Of a DNA stretch of 64,000 nt, positions 1 to 8,647 are shown in pieces; position 1 is the stretch's first letter; each line of letters begins with the position of its first letter. This stretch comes from Methylobacter sp. GTDB lineage: Bacteria; Pseudomonadota; Gammaproteobacteria; Methylococcales; Methylomonadaceae. Made by a program: the position numbers and the translations under genes. The notes beneath the pieces are model-generated. The model worked only from the letters and a program-made list of their open reading frames with translations, was not told the origin of the DNA and made no database searches. The stretch is taken from positions 8,819 through 72,818 of the forward strand of contig JAURZV010000047.1 in NCBI GenBank assembly GCA_030653175.1, read 5' to 3'.

Positions 1-47
1 TCTATTTAAGATATTCCCTATTGCCACCAATACGCAGTCATTGTTCC

Positions 48-75
48 GCTTGCTTTAACAAAGCAAGCTTATTTC
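48..75 (+). terminator. Hairpin plus T-rich tail; possible intrinsic terminator of a + strand gene ending at the left edge
   Basis: 9-bp stem GCTTGCTTT/AAAGCAAGC (48-56/60-68) with loop AAC, followed by TTATTTCG. The upstream coding partner is not identifiable in the window. Confidence 0.35.
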
Positions 76-173
76 GTGAACTACCTTTTAGAGTCCACCT
101 AAAACCCCCATCTTAAAATCTTAAAGAGTCATGAAATTCTAAGGACAACAAACACTAACAAAAAGTCAAAGCC

Positions 174-238
174 TGACAGCCATAAAGCAGAAAGCCAGTA
201 CAGCAATGCTGTACTGGCTTTCTGCTTTATGGCTGTCA
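174..238. repeat. 65-bp perfect palindrome (31-bp arms, 3-nt loop AAT) downstream of rpmE
   Basis: TGACAGCCATAAAGCAGAAAGCCAGTACAGC (174-204) is the exact reverse complement of 208-238. Confidence 0.9.
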
Positions 239-381
239 TACAAAATAAAAACGGTTAATATGCCTTTTGCCTGCATATGCATCAAAAAACACCAATTTTT
301 TTATTTACTGTTTTTTACGGCATAACGAACATTTTTGCAGCAATGCCGAGGGCAATTACCCAAGCAAAAATCCACAAAAAC

Positions 382-582
382 CTATTTTCCGTATTTTTTA
401 CGGAATTTATCAACGCGCCCCGCCGTATCAACAACACGCTGCTTTCCTGTATAAAAAGGATGGCATGAAGAACAAACCTCAACTTGCAAATCCTTACCCA
501 ATACAGAACCGGTCTCAAATTTATTACCGCAACCGCAAGTTACAGTAATTTGCTTATATTCTGGATGAATTTCTGGTTTCAT
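382..582 (-). CDS. rpmE: 50S ribosomal protein L31 (zinc-ribbon type)
   Basis: 66-aa [33 protein letters not shown], the canonical L31 sequence with both CxxC pairs. Confidence 0.95.
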   Translation of the reverse strand: MKPEIHPEYKQITVTCGCGNKFETGSVLGKDLQVEVCSSCHPFYTGKQRVVDTAGRVDKFRKKYGK

Positions 583-694
583 ATCACTTTCACATTACCC
601 ACAAACGGGCTACATACTTTATTAAAGAACCCCATATAATACGTATTTCATTAAAAGTTCGCAACTCAATTTATATTTATACGTATTATTACTT

Positions 695-825
695 TAAACC
701 GACATTCTGCACACTTAAAAAATAATCATTCAAAATCAATGAATTGAAAGTTATATTGCTATTTAGCAAAAAATAATATCATTTAATATCAATGGGGTGC
801 CAAAGGGGTGCGGAATGTCGGCTTA
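695..825. mobile_element. MITE-like element E2: 127-bp AT-rich element with 16-bp imperfect terminal inverted repeats, flanked by TA/TA
   Basis: Left TIR AACCGACATTCTGCAC (697-712) pairs with right TIR GTGCGGAATGTCGGCT (808-823) at 14 of 16 positions. TA lies at 695-696 and 824-825. The reconstructed target CTT-TA-AAG is palindromic. There is no ORF, and the core resembles that of E1. Confidence 0.5.
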
Positions 826-888
826 AAGATAAACTAAGCGCAGCATCCATCTATAAAGATGAGCGATTTTCGATCAACTCCCCACTCA

Positions 889-2220
889 TCATGGACTATA
901 GTTATAAGCTTTAGACCGGCTTTGATAGCGCATCAATAAAAGCACCAGCACGATTGCCGGCAAACCTACTGTTGATGCATAAATAAAAAAAACAGTGTAA
1001 CCATAGCTATCTACAACTATTCCGGAAAAACCTCCTAATAGTTGAGCGGGCAAAGTCATCAGTGAACTGAACAGCGCGTATTGAGTGGCGGTGTACGTAG
1101 TACTGGTTAAACTGGAAAGGTAAGCGATAAACACCGATGTTGCTATACCCCCACTTAAATTATCCGCACTTATAACGCCTGACAACAATAACAAATTGGG
1201 CTCACTAACTGCCAAAACGGCAAACAGCAGATTAGTAGCCGCCACCATAACCGCACCTAGCAGCAGGGGACGCATAATCCCATACCTAACAACCAGCACC
1301 CCACCCATTGCAGCACCGGTAATAGTCATAAAAAAACCAAAAACCTTACTAATATCCGCGATATCTTTTTTACTAAAACCCAAATCAAGATAAAACGGGT
1401 TCGCCATAACTCCCATAGTAATGTCGCTCATTTTGTAAACTGCGATAAGCATCAAAATCAATAAACCGACTCTGCCGTTACGTGCAAAAAACTCCACAAA
1501 GGGATTCAATACAGCATCCACGAAACTTGCCGACAACCGCCGCCAGATATTCTGCTGCTTTACAGCGACATTCTCGCGCAACCTCCCATCAAAATGTTTA
1601 TGCTCCGGCTCTTTAATACAAAGGGTCGTTACCAGACCTACAGACATGGCAGCTGCCATTACAAAATAAGCAGTTTTCCAGCTGGAATAATCCGCGATAT
1701 AAAAAGCACCCGCGCCTGCCATCAACAAGGCAATCCGATACCCCAACACGTAGGTCGCCGCCATAGCACCTTGATATTCAGGGTTTACTGACTCAATGCG
1801 ATAAGCATCAATAACAACATCTTGCGTAGCCGAACAAAATGCCACCCACACTGCAAACAGGGCAATCTGCTGTAATTGGCTATGCGAATCCGAGCTTCCC
1901 ATACCAAACAGACCGACAACAATCCCCAGTTGCGCAAGCAACATCCAGCCGCGTCTTTTACCCAAAAATTTAGTCAACAATGGCAGAGACAACCTGTCGA
2001 TGACGGGAGCCCAAAAAACCTTTATTGAATAGGTAACTCCGATCCAGCTAAAAAAACCTATAACCGATCTTTCCACCCCTTCGTCCCGCAACCAGGCTGA
2101 TAATGTCGAAAAAACCAATAAAAAAGGAAGTCCGGCTGAAAAGCCGAGAAATACCATGCCGCGCACTCGCGGCTGAACATAAATTGAAAAGGCCGCCCGC
2201 CAACTTTTATTGTCACCCAT
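889..2220 (-). CDS. ampG: AmpG family muropeptide MFS permease
   Basis: Multi-TM ORF with GFSAGLPFLLVFSTLSAWLRDEGV and KVFWAPVIDR motifs typical of AmpG. The ORF-track start at 2250 is TTG, and I prefer the ATG at 2220 (MGDNKSW). Confidence 0.8.
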   Translation of the reverse strand: MGDNKSWRAAFSIYVQPRVRGMVFLGFSAGLPFLLVFSTLSAWLRDEGVERSVIGFFSWIGVTYSIKVFWAPVIDRLSLPLLTKFLGKRRGWMLLAQLGIVVGLFGMGSSDSHSQLQQIALFAVWVAFCSATQDVVIDAYRIESVNPEYQGAMAATYVLGYRIALLMAGAGAFYIADYSSWKTAYFVMAAAMSVGLVTTLCIKEPEHKHFDGRLRENVAVKQQNIWRRLSASFVDAVLNPFVEFFARNGRVGLLILMLIAVYKMSDITMGVMANPFYLDLGFSKKDIADISKVFGFFMTITGAAMGGVLVVRYGIMRPLLLGAVMVAATNLLFAVLAVSEPNLLLLSGVISADNLSGGIATSVFIAYLSSLTSTTYTATQYALFSSLMTLPAQLLGGFSGIVVDSYGYTVFFIYASTVGLPAIVLVLLLMRYQSRSKAYNYSP

Positions 2221-2378
2221 TGGCTTTACCCAACAAACGCGACCGCACAAACGGATATATCAATGCTCCGGAACTACCTGCATCCACCATATCCATATGG
2301 AGGATTATGCAGAAGGTAGAATCTCGCCTTGCGCAGTTGCCGAGCACTGCACAAGGAGTGCAGTGCTCACTTGAGCTA

Positions 2379-3740
2379 TCAACCATTAATTAGATAATGA
2401 GCAACAATACTCGCTACGTAACCGGCAGCAATTGCAGGTGTCCATTTTAAGTGACTGAAAAATGTATATTTATGATCAGACTGCCCCATTAATGCCACGC
2501 CCGCAGCCGAACCCACTGACAACATTGACCCACCAACACCGGCAGTTAATGTCACCAATAACCATTGATATAAATCCATGTCCAGATTCATATTCAGCAC
2601 CGCAAACATAACAGGAATGTTATCAACAATCGCCGAAATCACACCCACTAAAATATTCGCCGTTGTCGCGCCTAAGCCATCGTACATAGCGCCGGACAGC
2701 AACTCGAGATATCCGATATAGCCTAAGCCACCGACCGCAAATACCACGCCGAAGAAAAACAGCAAGGTATCCCATTCGGCATGACGCACTTTGTCGAAAA
2801 TATCAAATGAAGCATCGCCTTCAACGCGATAGACTGTTTTTAAACGATGGCCGTAAAGCATCAGTACAGAAAGACCAACCATCATGCCCATAAATGGTGG
2901 TAAATGCAGAGCTTGTTTAAAACTTACCGCTGTAACGATGGTCAACAAGAACAAAACGCAAATCTGTATCGCGCCCGGCTTTAACTGCACTGCCGCTTCA
3001 TCAGAGGCATTAGGCTGCTCATCCGGCACAGCAAAATACATCACCGCCGCCGGTATTGCGTAATTCACCGCCGATGGAATAAACAACTTGAAGAAGTCAA
3101 AGAACTCAGCGTACTCAGCCTGCCAAACCATTAAGGTTGTAATGTCGCCAAAAGGACAGAATGCACCGCCCGCATTAGCTGCAACCACTAAATTAACAAA
3201 ACCGATACTGACAAATTTTGGATTATCCGCCCCTACCGCCATCACTACTGCGCCGACCAATAAAGCCGCCGTCAAGTTATCAGCTACTGAGGACAAGAAG
3301 AACGTAATAATACCGGTAATCAAAAACAGTTTGCGATAGCCAAACTGCTTTCTTACCAACCATGATCTCAATGCTTCAAACACGTTACGCTCAGCCATTG
3401 AATTGATATAAGTCATAGCAACCAGCAGGAACAGCATTAGCTCTGCATATTCTTTCAAATTGTATTCGAAAGCCTTATGCATATCCTCGGCAGAAACACC
3501 CGCTTGAGCAGATAAAACAGCGGCATTCGCCCAAATAATACCCGCCGCCAAAATAACCGGCTTGGACTTACTCAGGTGAGTAAATTCTTCCGTCATAACA
3601 AAGCCATAGGCAATGATAAAGATCAGAACGGTATAAATACCCCGTTCTGTCCCCGTCAAACCGAGACTTTCAAAACCACCCGCCATCGCCATTTCAGGCA
3701 ACAGCAATAGAGATAACAACATAAACAATGACCGTAACAA
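2379..3740 (-). CDS. nhaD: NhaD family Na+/H+ antiporter
   Basis: 453-aa polytopic protein with a signal-like N-terminus and an NhaD-type C-terminal region (GSMLSVGSAAGVALMGQSDHKYTFFSHLKW). The TTG start is preceded by AGGGGG. Confidence 0.8.
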   Translation of the reverse strand: MLRSLFMLLSLLLLPEMAMAGGFESLGLTGTERGIYTVLIFIIAYGFVMTEEFTHLSKSKPVILAAGIIWANAAVLSAQAGVSAEDMHKAFEYNLKEYAELMLFLLVAMTYINSMAERNVFEALRSWLVRKQFGYRKLFLITGIITFFLSSVADNLTAALLVGAVVMAVGADNPKFVSIGFVNLVVAANAGGAFCPFGDITTLMVWQAEYAEFFDFFKLFIPSAVNYAIPAAVMYFAVPDEQPNASDEAAVQLKPGAIQICVLFLLTIVTAVSFKQALHLPPFMGMMVGLSVLMLYGHRLKTVYRVEGDASFDIFDKVRHAEWDTLLFFFGVVFAVGGLGYIGYLELLSGAMYDGLGATTANILVGVISAIVDNIPVMFAVLNMNLDMDLYQWLLVTLTAGVGGSMLSVGSAAGVALMGQSDHKYTFFSHLKWTPAIAAGYVASIVAHYLING

Positions 3741-3898
3741 AATAACCCCCTAACTTTTATCTCAAAAAAATTAACCAAAAACACCCAAAATTTAGCGGAC
3801 AATCTTAGCATCATACAATAACCTTTGTCATTTTATGACCCACAGTATATGATTATTGGTTGTAATTAATTGCCTATACAGGCGCTCAGCGCTCATTT

Positions 3899-5551
3899 AT
3901 GTACCAGTATAATAACCACGATCAAACACTCATTGAACAACGGGTAGCCCAATTTAGAAGGCAGACTGAAAGCTTTTTGAAAGGCCAAATTTCAGACGAC
4001 CAATTTCGCGCATTGCGCTTAATGAATGGCCTCTACGTGCAAACTCACGCCCCGATGTTACGGATAGCCGGCCCTTATGGCCTGTTTAACTCCAAACAAA
4101 TCAGGAAACTGGCTCACATTGCCCGTACTTACGACAAAAACTACTGTCATTTTACGACCCGGCAAAACGTCCAGTTTAATTGGCCTCAATTGGAACAAGT
4201 TCCTGACATTCTTGAAGAATTGGCCAGCGTCCAAATGCACGCCATCCAAACCAGCGGCAATTGCCTAAGAAATACCTCATCGGATCACTTGGCCGGTGTT
4301 TGTATCGATGAAATTGAAGACCCTCGCCCTTATTGCGAGATTATCCGGCAATGGACAACGCTGCATCCGGAATTTGCCTATTTGCCGCGCAAATTCAAGA
4401 TTGCTGTCAGCGGCGCACAGCATGATCGTGCAGCGACTCAACTACATGACATCGGCCTGCATCTGGTAAAAAATGACGCAGGTGAAATCGGCTTTAGAGT
4501 GCTGGTCGGCGGCGGTTTGGGACGCACGCCTATCATTGGGCAAGTCATCAAGCCCTATCTGGACAAGAAACACCTGTTGTCTTACCTGGAAGCCATACTG
4601 CGGATTTACAACCTGTTCGGACGCCGCGACAACAAATACAAAGCGCGGATTAAAATCCTGGTCAAAGAATCCGGCATGGAAAAATTCTCCGAATTGGTCG
4701 AAAAAGAATGGCTGCTAATCCGGGATGACCTGGAGCTTAGCACCGATCGCATTGACGCTATAAAAACCCAATTTACACCGCCTGCCTACGAGACAGATGC
4801 CGGGCAAGATACCGGCTTTGCGCAGCGCCAGCTCGAAAACAAGGCCTTTGCCACTTGGGTTAAATACAACACCGTCGATCACAAAATTCCCGGCTATCGC
4901 GCTGCCTTCCTATCGTTAAAAGCACCGGACTCGCCTCCGGGCGACATGACCGATGCGCAACTTGACGCCGTCGCCGATCTGGCCGACCGATACAGCTTTG
5001 GTGAGATCAGAAGCACGCACAGGCAAAATCTTATTCTTGCCGACGTAAAACAGGCTGATCTATTCCCGCTGTGGCAACAACTCGATGCATTGAAACTGGC
5101 CACACCCAATATCGGCACTGCAACTGATATGATTTGCTGTCCTGGCCTCGATTTTTGTTCACTCGCCAATGCCAGCTCGATTAGTGTTGCTAAAGAAATC
5201 AATGACGCCCTTGATGACTTGGACTATCTCCATGACATTGGCGATGTAAAAATCAACATGTCCGGCTGCATGAACGGCTGCGCGCACCAAAGCGTAGGTC
5301 ATATCGGCATACTGGGCGTCGATAAAAAAGGCGCTGAATGGTATCAATTGACCTTGGGCGGCTCCTCGGAAAACGAGGCGGCTATCGGCGAACGGCTGGG
5401 ACCCGCCGTTGCCAAAGACCAAGTCACCAAAGCAATCACCACCATTCTGGATGTTTATATCGAACAACGCCTGGATGACGAGTCCTTTCTGGACATGGTA
5501 AAACGCGTTGGAATCACCCCATTCAAAGAGCAAGTCTATGCAAATAATTAA
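3899..5551 (+). CDS. cysI: Sulfite/nitrite reductase hemoprotein (siroheme/4Fe-4S), CysI-like
   Basis: 550 aa with the TSGNCLRN motif and cluster cysteines CCPGLDFC and SGCMNGC. The size and layout match ferredoxin/NADPH sulfite reductase beta subunits. Confidence 0.85.
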   Translation: MYQYNNHDQTLIEQRVAQFRRQTESFLKGQISDDQFRALRLMNGLYVQTHAPMLRIAGPYGLFNSKQIRKLAHIARTYDKNYCHFTTRQNVQFNWPQLEQVPDILEELASVQMHAIQTSGNCLRNTSSDHLAGVCIDEIEDPRPYCEIIRQWTTLHPEFAYLPRKFKIAVSGAQHDRAATQLHDIGLHLVKNDAGEIGFRVLVGGGLGRTPIIGQVIKPYLDKKHLLSYLEAILRIYNLFGRRDNKYKARIKILVKESGMEKFSELVEKEWLLIRDDLELSTDRIDAIKTQFTPPAYETDAGQDTGFAQRQLENKAFATWVKYNTVDHKIPGYRAAFLSLKAPDSPPGDMTDAQLDAVADLADRYSFGEIRSTHRQNLILADVKQADLFPLWQQLDALKLATPNIGTATDMICCPGLDFCSLANASSISVAKEINDALDDLDYLHDIGDVKINMSGCMNGCAHQSVGHIGILGVDKKGAEWYQLTLGGSSENEAAIGERLGPAVAKDQVTKAITTILDVYIEQRLDDESFLDMVKRVGITPFKEQVYANN

Positions 5552-5990
5552 AGACAAACAGATTATTGATGACAGATGGAGTTATGTTGCCGATGATGCC
5601 GAACTAAAAAATGGCGACATCAGCGTTTCATTAGCCCGCTGGAAAAAAGACAAGCAATTGTTGCTTAAGTCTGATAGCAAGATAGGCGTTAGAATCGGTC
5701 CTGCCGATTCGGTTGAAGACATCGTCGCCGATTTAAAAGACATCCAGTTAATTGAGCTGGATTTCCCGGCCTTTGCCGATGGCCGCATTTTCTCTCATGC
5801 ATGGCTGCTTAGAGGCCGCTATAACTATCAAGGCGAGATCAGGGCAACAGGCCATTTCATGCCGGATCAGGTATTTTATTTATCGCGCGTCGGCGTTAAT
5901 GCATTTAGTCTTGAAAAAACCGAAGACCTGCCTGTAGCGCTGTCTACGTTGAATGATTTTAGCGTCAATTATCAAAAATCAATTCATTGA
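5538..5990 (+). CDS. DUF934 protein (CysI-associated)
   Basis: About 150 aa starting MQIIKDKQIIDDRW, overlapping the cysI stop by 14 nt. Its position and size match the DUF934 partner found next to CysI in Pseudomonas-type operons. Confidence 0.7.
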   Translation: MQIIKDKQIIDDRWSYVADDAELKNGDISVSLARWKKDKQLLLKSDSKIGVRIGPADSVEDIVADLKDIQLIELDFPAFADGRIFSHAWLLRGRYNYQGEIRATGHFMPDQVFYLSRVGVNAFSLEKTEDLPVALSTLNDFSVNYQKSIH

Positions 5991-6007
5991 TACGAGAACA
6001 AGATAGG

Positions 6008-6081
6008 ATGGGTAGAGGCTGCAGCCGAAACCCATCAAAACCAATACCTATGAGATGGGTTTCGCTACGTTCTACCCATTC
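6008..6081. repeat. Pair of REP-like hairpins GATGGGT-N-ACCCAT(C/T) between convergent genes
   Basis: 6008-6037 reads GATGGGTAGAGGCTGCAGCCGAAACCCATC and 6055-6081 reads GATGGGTTTCGCTACGTTCTACCCATT. The loops are roughly reverse complements of each other. Confidence 0.7.
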
Positions 6082-6091
6082 TACCGAGCTA

Positions 6092-6984
6092 TCAATCCAG
6101 TTGCTTCAATGTTTTGTAGGTTAATCCTTGATTAGTTGCCTTGATTATTTCAAATCGTGCGCCACGATACCCGACAATATTGCTCTCCGAGAGATTATAC
6201 TTTAAATCCTGAGAAAAGGCGGGGCGAGCCATATCCTCATTAAATTCTCTGTAAAAAATGGAAATCACCTTCTGAGAGACTCCGGTATATACCAGTTCTT
6301 TCTTAAAGCTGAGGTCGTCTCGCTTATGGTGGAATGATTTCGTAAACGGAATGCCGTTCTTTACATATGAGAATGGCTGCTGTAAATTGTCTAAGAGGTA
6401 AATCTCTGTTTTTGTTGGGTCTAAATTAGTAACGTATATCCCGCCCTCGATATCCTTCGGCTTGCTATCTTCTAGAATATTACCTTTTTTCCCTTCATAA
6501 AACGTCCCAACGGCATCTTTTCCCTTTTCGACGTATCTGCCAGAAAGTAGCGTGAGCTTAAATTTCTGGCCAAGATTATCTGCCTGATGCTCGATTGTTT
6601 GTTCGATGTCTATCGCCGGGATAGTTGCCTGTTTGTCTTTCCAAACAAGACTTTCCCCAACCTCGACTGTCTTAATCTCACCAATGGCCGGGTAGTCTGA
6701 AATAGATGATGAGTAGTAAGATGGCGTGTAGGTGCGTCCTAGGAGGCTGTCGGATTTAAAAAACACAGCCACATAACATATTGATTTTAAAATAAATTAA
6801 TTTTTATTGCTTTTCGTTATAAAAAATAATTTCAATATATTTCAATGGCTTAATATTTTTAGTGAGGCATAATCCGACAGCCTCCTAGGTGTTCGCTCTC
6901 GATGCGGCCCGAGGTTCTACATCCTTGTACGGACATGATCACAAGAATGGAAGTGGTAAGAAGTGCTGCATGTCTCAGTTTCAT
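6092..6984 (-). pseudogene. Lipoprotein gene of unknown function, interrupted by MITE-like element E1
   Basis: The upstream fragment 6984->6859 encodes MKLRHAALLTTSILVIMSVQGC (lipobox) RTSGRIESEHLGGCRIMPH*. The downstream ORF 6772->6092 starts at a GTG inside the insert. Deleting 146 bp (or 152 bp) joins the two fragments in frame. Confidence 0.75.
6740..6887. mobile_element. MITE-like element E1: 144 bp with perfect 15-bp TIRs, TA/TA flanks, inserted in a CCTAGG site inside a CDS
   Basis: GGAGGCTGTCGGATT at 6742-6756 is the exact reverse complement of 6871-6885. TA lies at 6740-6741 and 6886-6887. The AT-rich core (6757-6870) has no ORF. Confidence 0.7.
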
Positions 6985-7180
6985 TGAGACTCCTTTAGTA
7001 ATGGTCGGCAACGATTTGCCTAACTATAAGTAGACACCTTTTTTAGGTGCATATTAAGTTTCAATCCAGGGCGCAAAAGCCACCCCAGAAACCCGTTAGT
7101 CATGATGCTACAATAATTATTTAATAGCAATCTTTCAGGCAAACCTAAATCGGAATCTCGCCCTAACAAATTCAACGCAT

Positions 7181-7232
7181 AAAAAAACCCAAATTCCGAC
7201 AAACAAAGCGTCTGCCAAAATCCGGGTTTTTT
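7181..7232 (-). terminator. Intrinsic terminator downstream of the S41 protease gene
   Basis: On the minus-strand RNA, ACCCGGAUU pairs with AAUUUGGGU (two G-U pairs) and is followed by U7. T6 on the + strand makes it potentially bidirectional. Confidence 0.55.
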
Positions 7233-7253
7233 ATTACCACTACAAGCTAAAGC

Positions 7254-8567
7254 TTATTTTTTCATAAAACTAATGCCTTTCAGCAAGGTCAGCGCCTGAT
7301 ACAAAGGATAATCTTTTTCCAAGGTCTCCTTCTCTTTCTCCTGCACATCCTCCGGACTCTCTTTACCTTTGCCGTTTTGCAAATGATGCGACAAATCGGC
7401 TTCCTTGACCGGCTTGAACTCGGATTTTTCCAAGGTCTCCAGCTTGACGCGAGCCAAGGCGATATCCGGCTCAATACCTTCGGCCTGGATAGAGCGACCC
7501 GAAGGCGTGTAGTATCTGGCTGTGGTCAACTTGACTGCCGAACCATTGCTGGTTGGCAATATGGTCTGCACCGAACCTTTGCCGAACGATTTCTCGCCCA
7601 TAATCACAGCGCGTTTTTGATCCTGCAAGGCTCCGGCCACGATTTCCGAGGCTGAGGCGGAACCCGCATTAATCAATACGACCATCGGCGCACCGTCAAC
7701 AAGATCATCAGGAGCGGCATTAAAGCGCATTTCCGAGTTTTCAATACGCCCTTCAGTGTAAACAATGAGACCGCTCTTTATGAAGGCGTCACTCACTTCA
7801 ACTGCCGCATTCAATACGCCGCCCGGATTATTTCTTAAATCAAGCACCAAGCCTTTTAGGTTGCCAGCGTTTTCCTTTTTCAGCGAAGCTAGAGCCTCTT
7901 TAAGGCTTTCCCCGGTTCCTGATTGAAAACTGCTAATGCGTATATAACCATAACCTTTTTCCAGCATCCGGTTTTTCACACTTTTAACTTTTATAACATC
8001 CCTGGTTATGCTTATTTTTAAAGGAGTCTCCACCCCTTCACGAATAACCGTGAGCAAAATCTTGCTACCCGGCTCGCCACGCATAAGTTTGACGGCATCA
8101 GCCAAGGTCATGCCTTTTACCGGCTGATCATCAAGTCTGACAATCAGGTCTCCGGTTTTAATGCCTGCTCTTTGGGCGGGGGTATCGTCAATAGGGGAAA
8201 CCACTTTAACAAAGCCGTTCTCCATCGTAACTTCGATGCCCAAGCCGCCGAACTGGCCGGTTGTGCCTTCTTTTAATTCCTGATATTCCTCGGCAACCAA
8301 ATATGCGGAATGAGGATCAAGCCCGCTCAACATGCCGCGAATGGCATCTTCCAATAATTTTTTGTCAGAAACGGGCTCTACATAATCCCTTTTAATTCGG
8401 CCAAAAATTTCCGTGAAGGTGCGTAAGTCCTCATAGGGCAGAGCTTCCGCTGTATCCGCTACAGGTTCAGCATTATCACGATCGGCAAAGACACTGCCGC
8501 AGATGCCCATAAAAACACCCAACATAATCCCTAAGGACAAAATGAAAATATTTTTCTTTTTTAACAT
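7254..8567 (-). CDS. S41 family carboxy-terminal processing protease (Ctp/Prc-like)
   Basis: Contains a PDZ segment (GIKTGDLIVRLDD), the LVLDLRNNPGG motif and the catalytic region SASASEI..FGKGSVQ. I prefer the start at MLKKKNIF (8567), because the longer ORF would read through a REP hairpin. Confidence 0.9.
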   Translation of the reverse strand: MLKKKNIFILSLGIMLGVFMGICGSVFADRDNAEPVADTAEALPYEDLRTFTEIFGRIKRDYVEPVSDKKLLEDAIRGMLSGLDPHSAYLVAEEYQELKEGTTGQFGGLGIEVTMENGFVKVVSPIDDTPAQRAGIKTGDLIVRLDDQPVKGMTLADAVKLMRGEPGSKILLTVIREGVETPLKISITRDVIKVKSVKNRMLEKGYGYIRISSFQSGTGESLKEALASLKKENAGNLKGLVLDLRNNPGGVLNAAVEVSDAFIKSGLIVYTEGRIENSEMRFNAAPDDLVDGAPMVVLINAGSASASEIVAGALQDQKRAVIMGEKSFGKGSVQTILPTSNGSAVKLTTARYYTPSGRSIQAEGIEPDIALARVKLETLEKSEFKPVKEADLSHHLQNGKGKESPEDVQEKEKETLEKDYPLYQALTLLKGISFMKK

Positions 8568-8610
8568 GTACCTTAAAACTCCAAACACTGTTTTTCCTAA
8601 AACATGACCA

Positions 8611-8640
8611 AGTAGGGGCGGCCGGCCGGTCGCCCCTACT
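8611..8640. repeat. REP-like palindrome, GTAGGGGCG family
   Basis: AGTAGGGGCG-GCCGGCCGGT-CGCCCCTACT lies between the envC stop and the protease start. Confidence 0.75.
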
Positions 8641-8647
8641 ATCCCGA

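Noticed and set aside
267-548. ORFs of 63-93 aa on both strands overlapping rpmE (267..548 +, 277..468 +, 315..518 -)
   Set aside because: They are antisense to, or out of frame with, an unambiguous L31 gene. They have low-complexity translations and no Shine-Dalgarno sequence.
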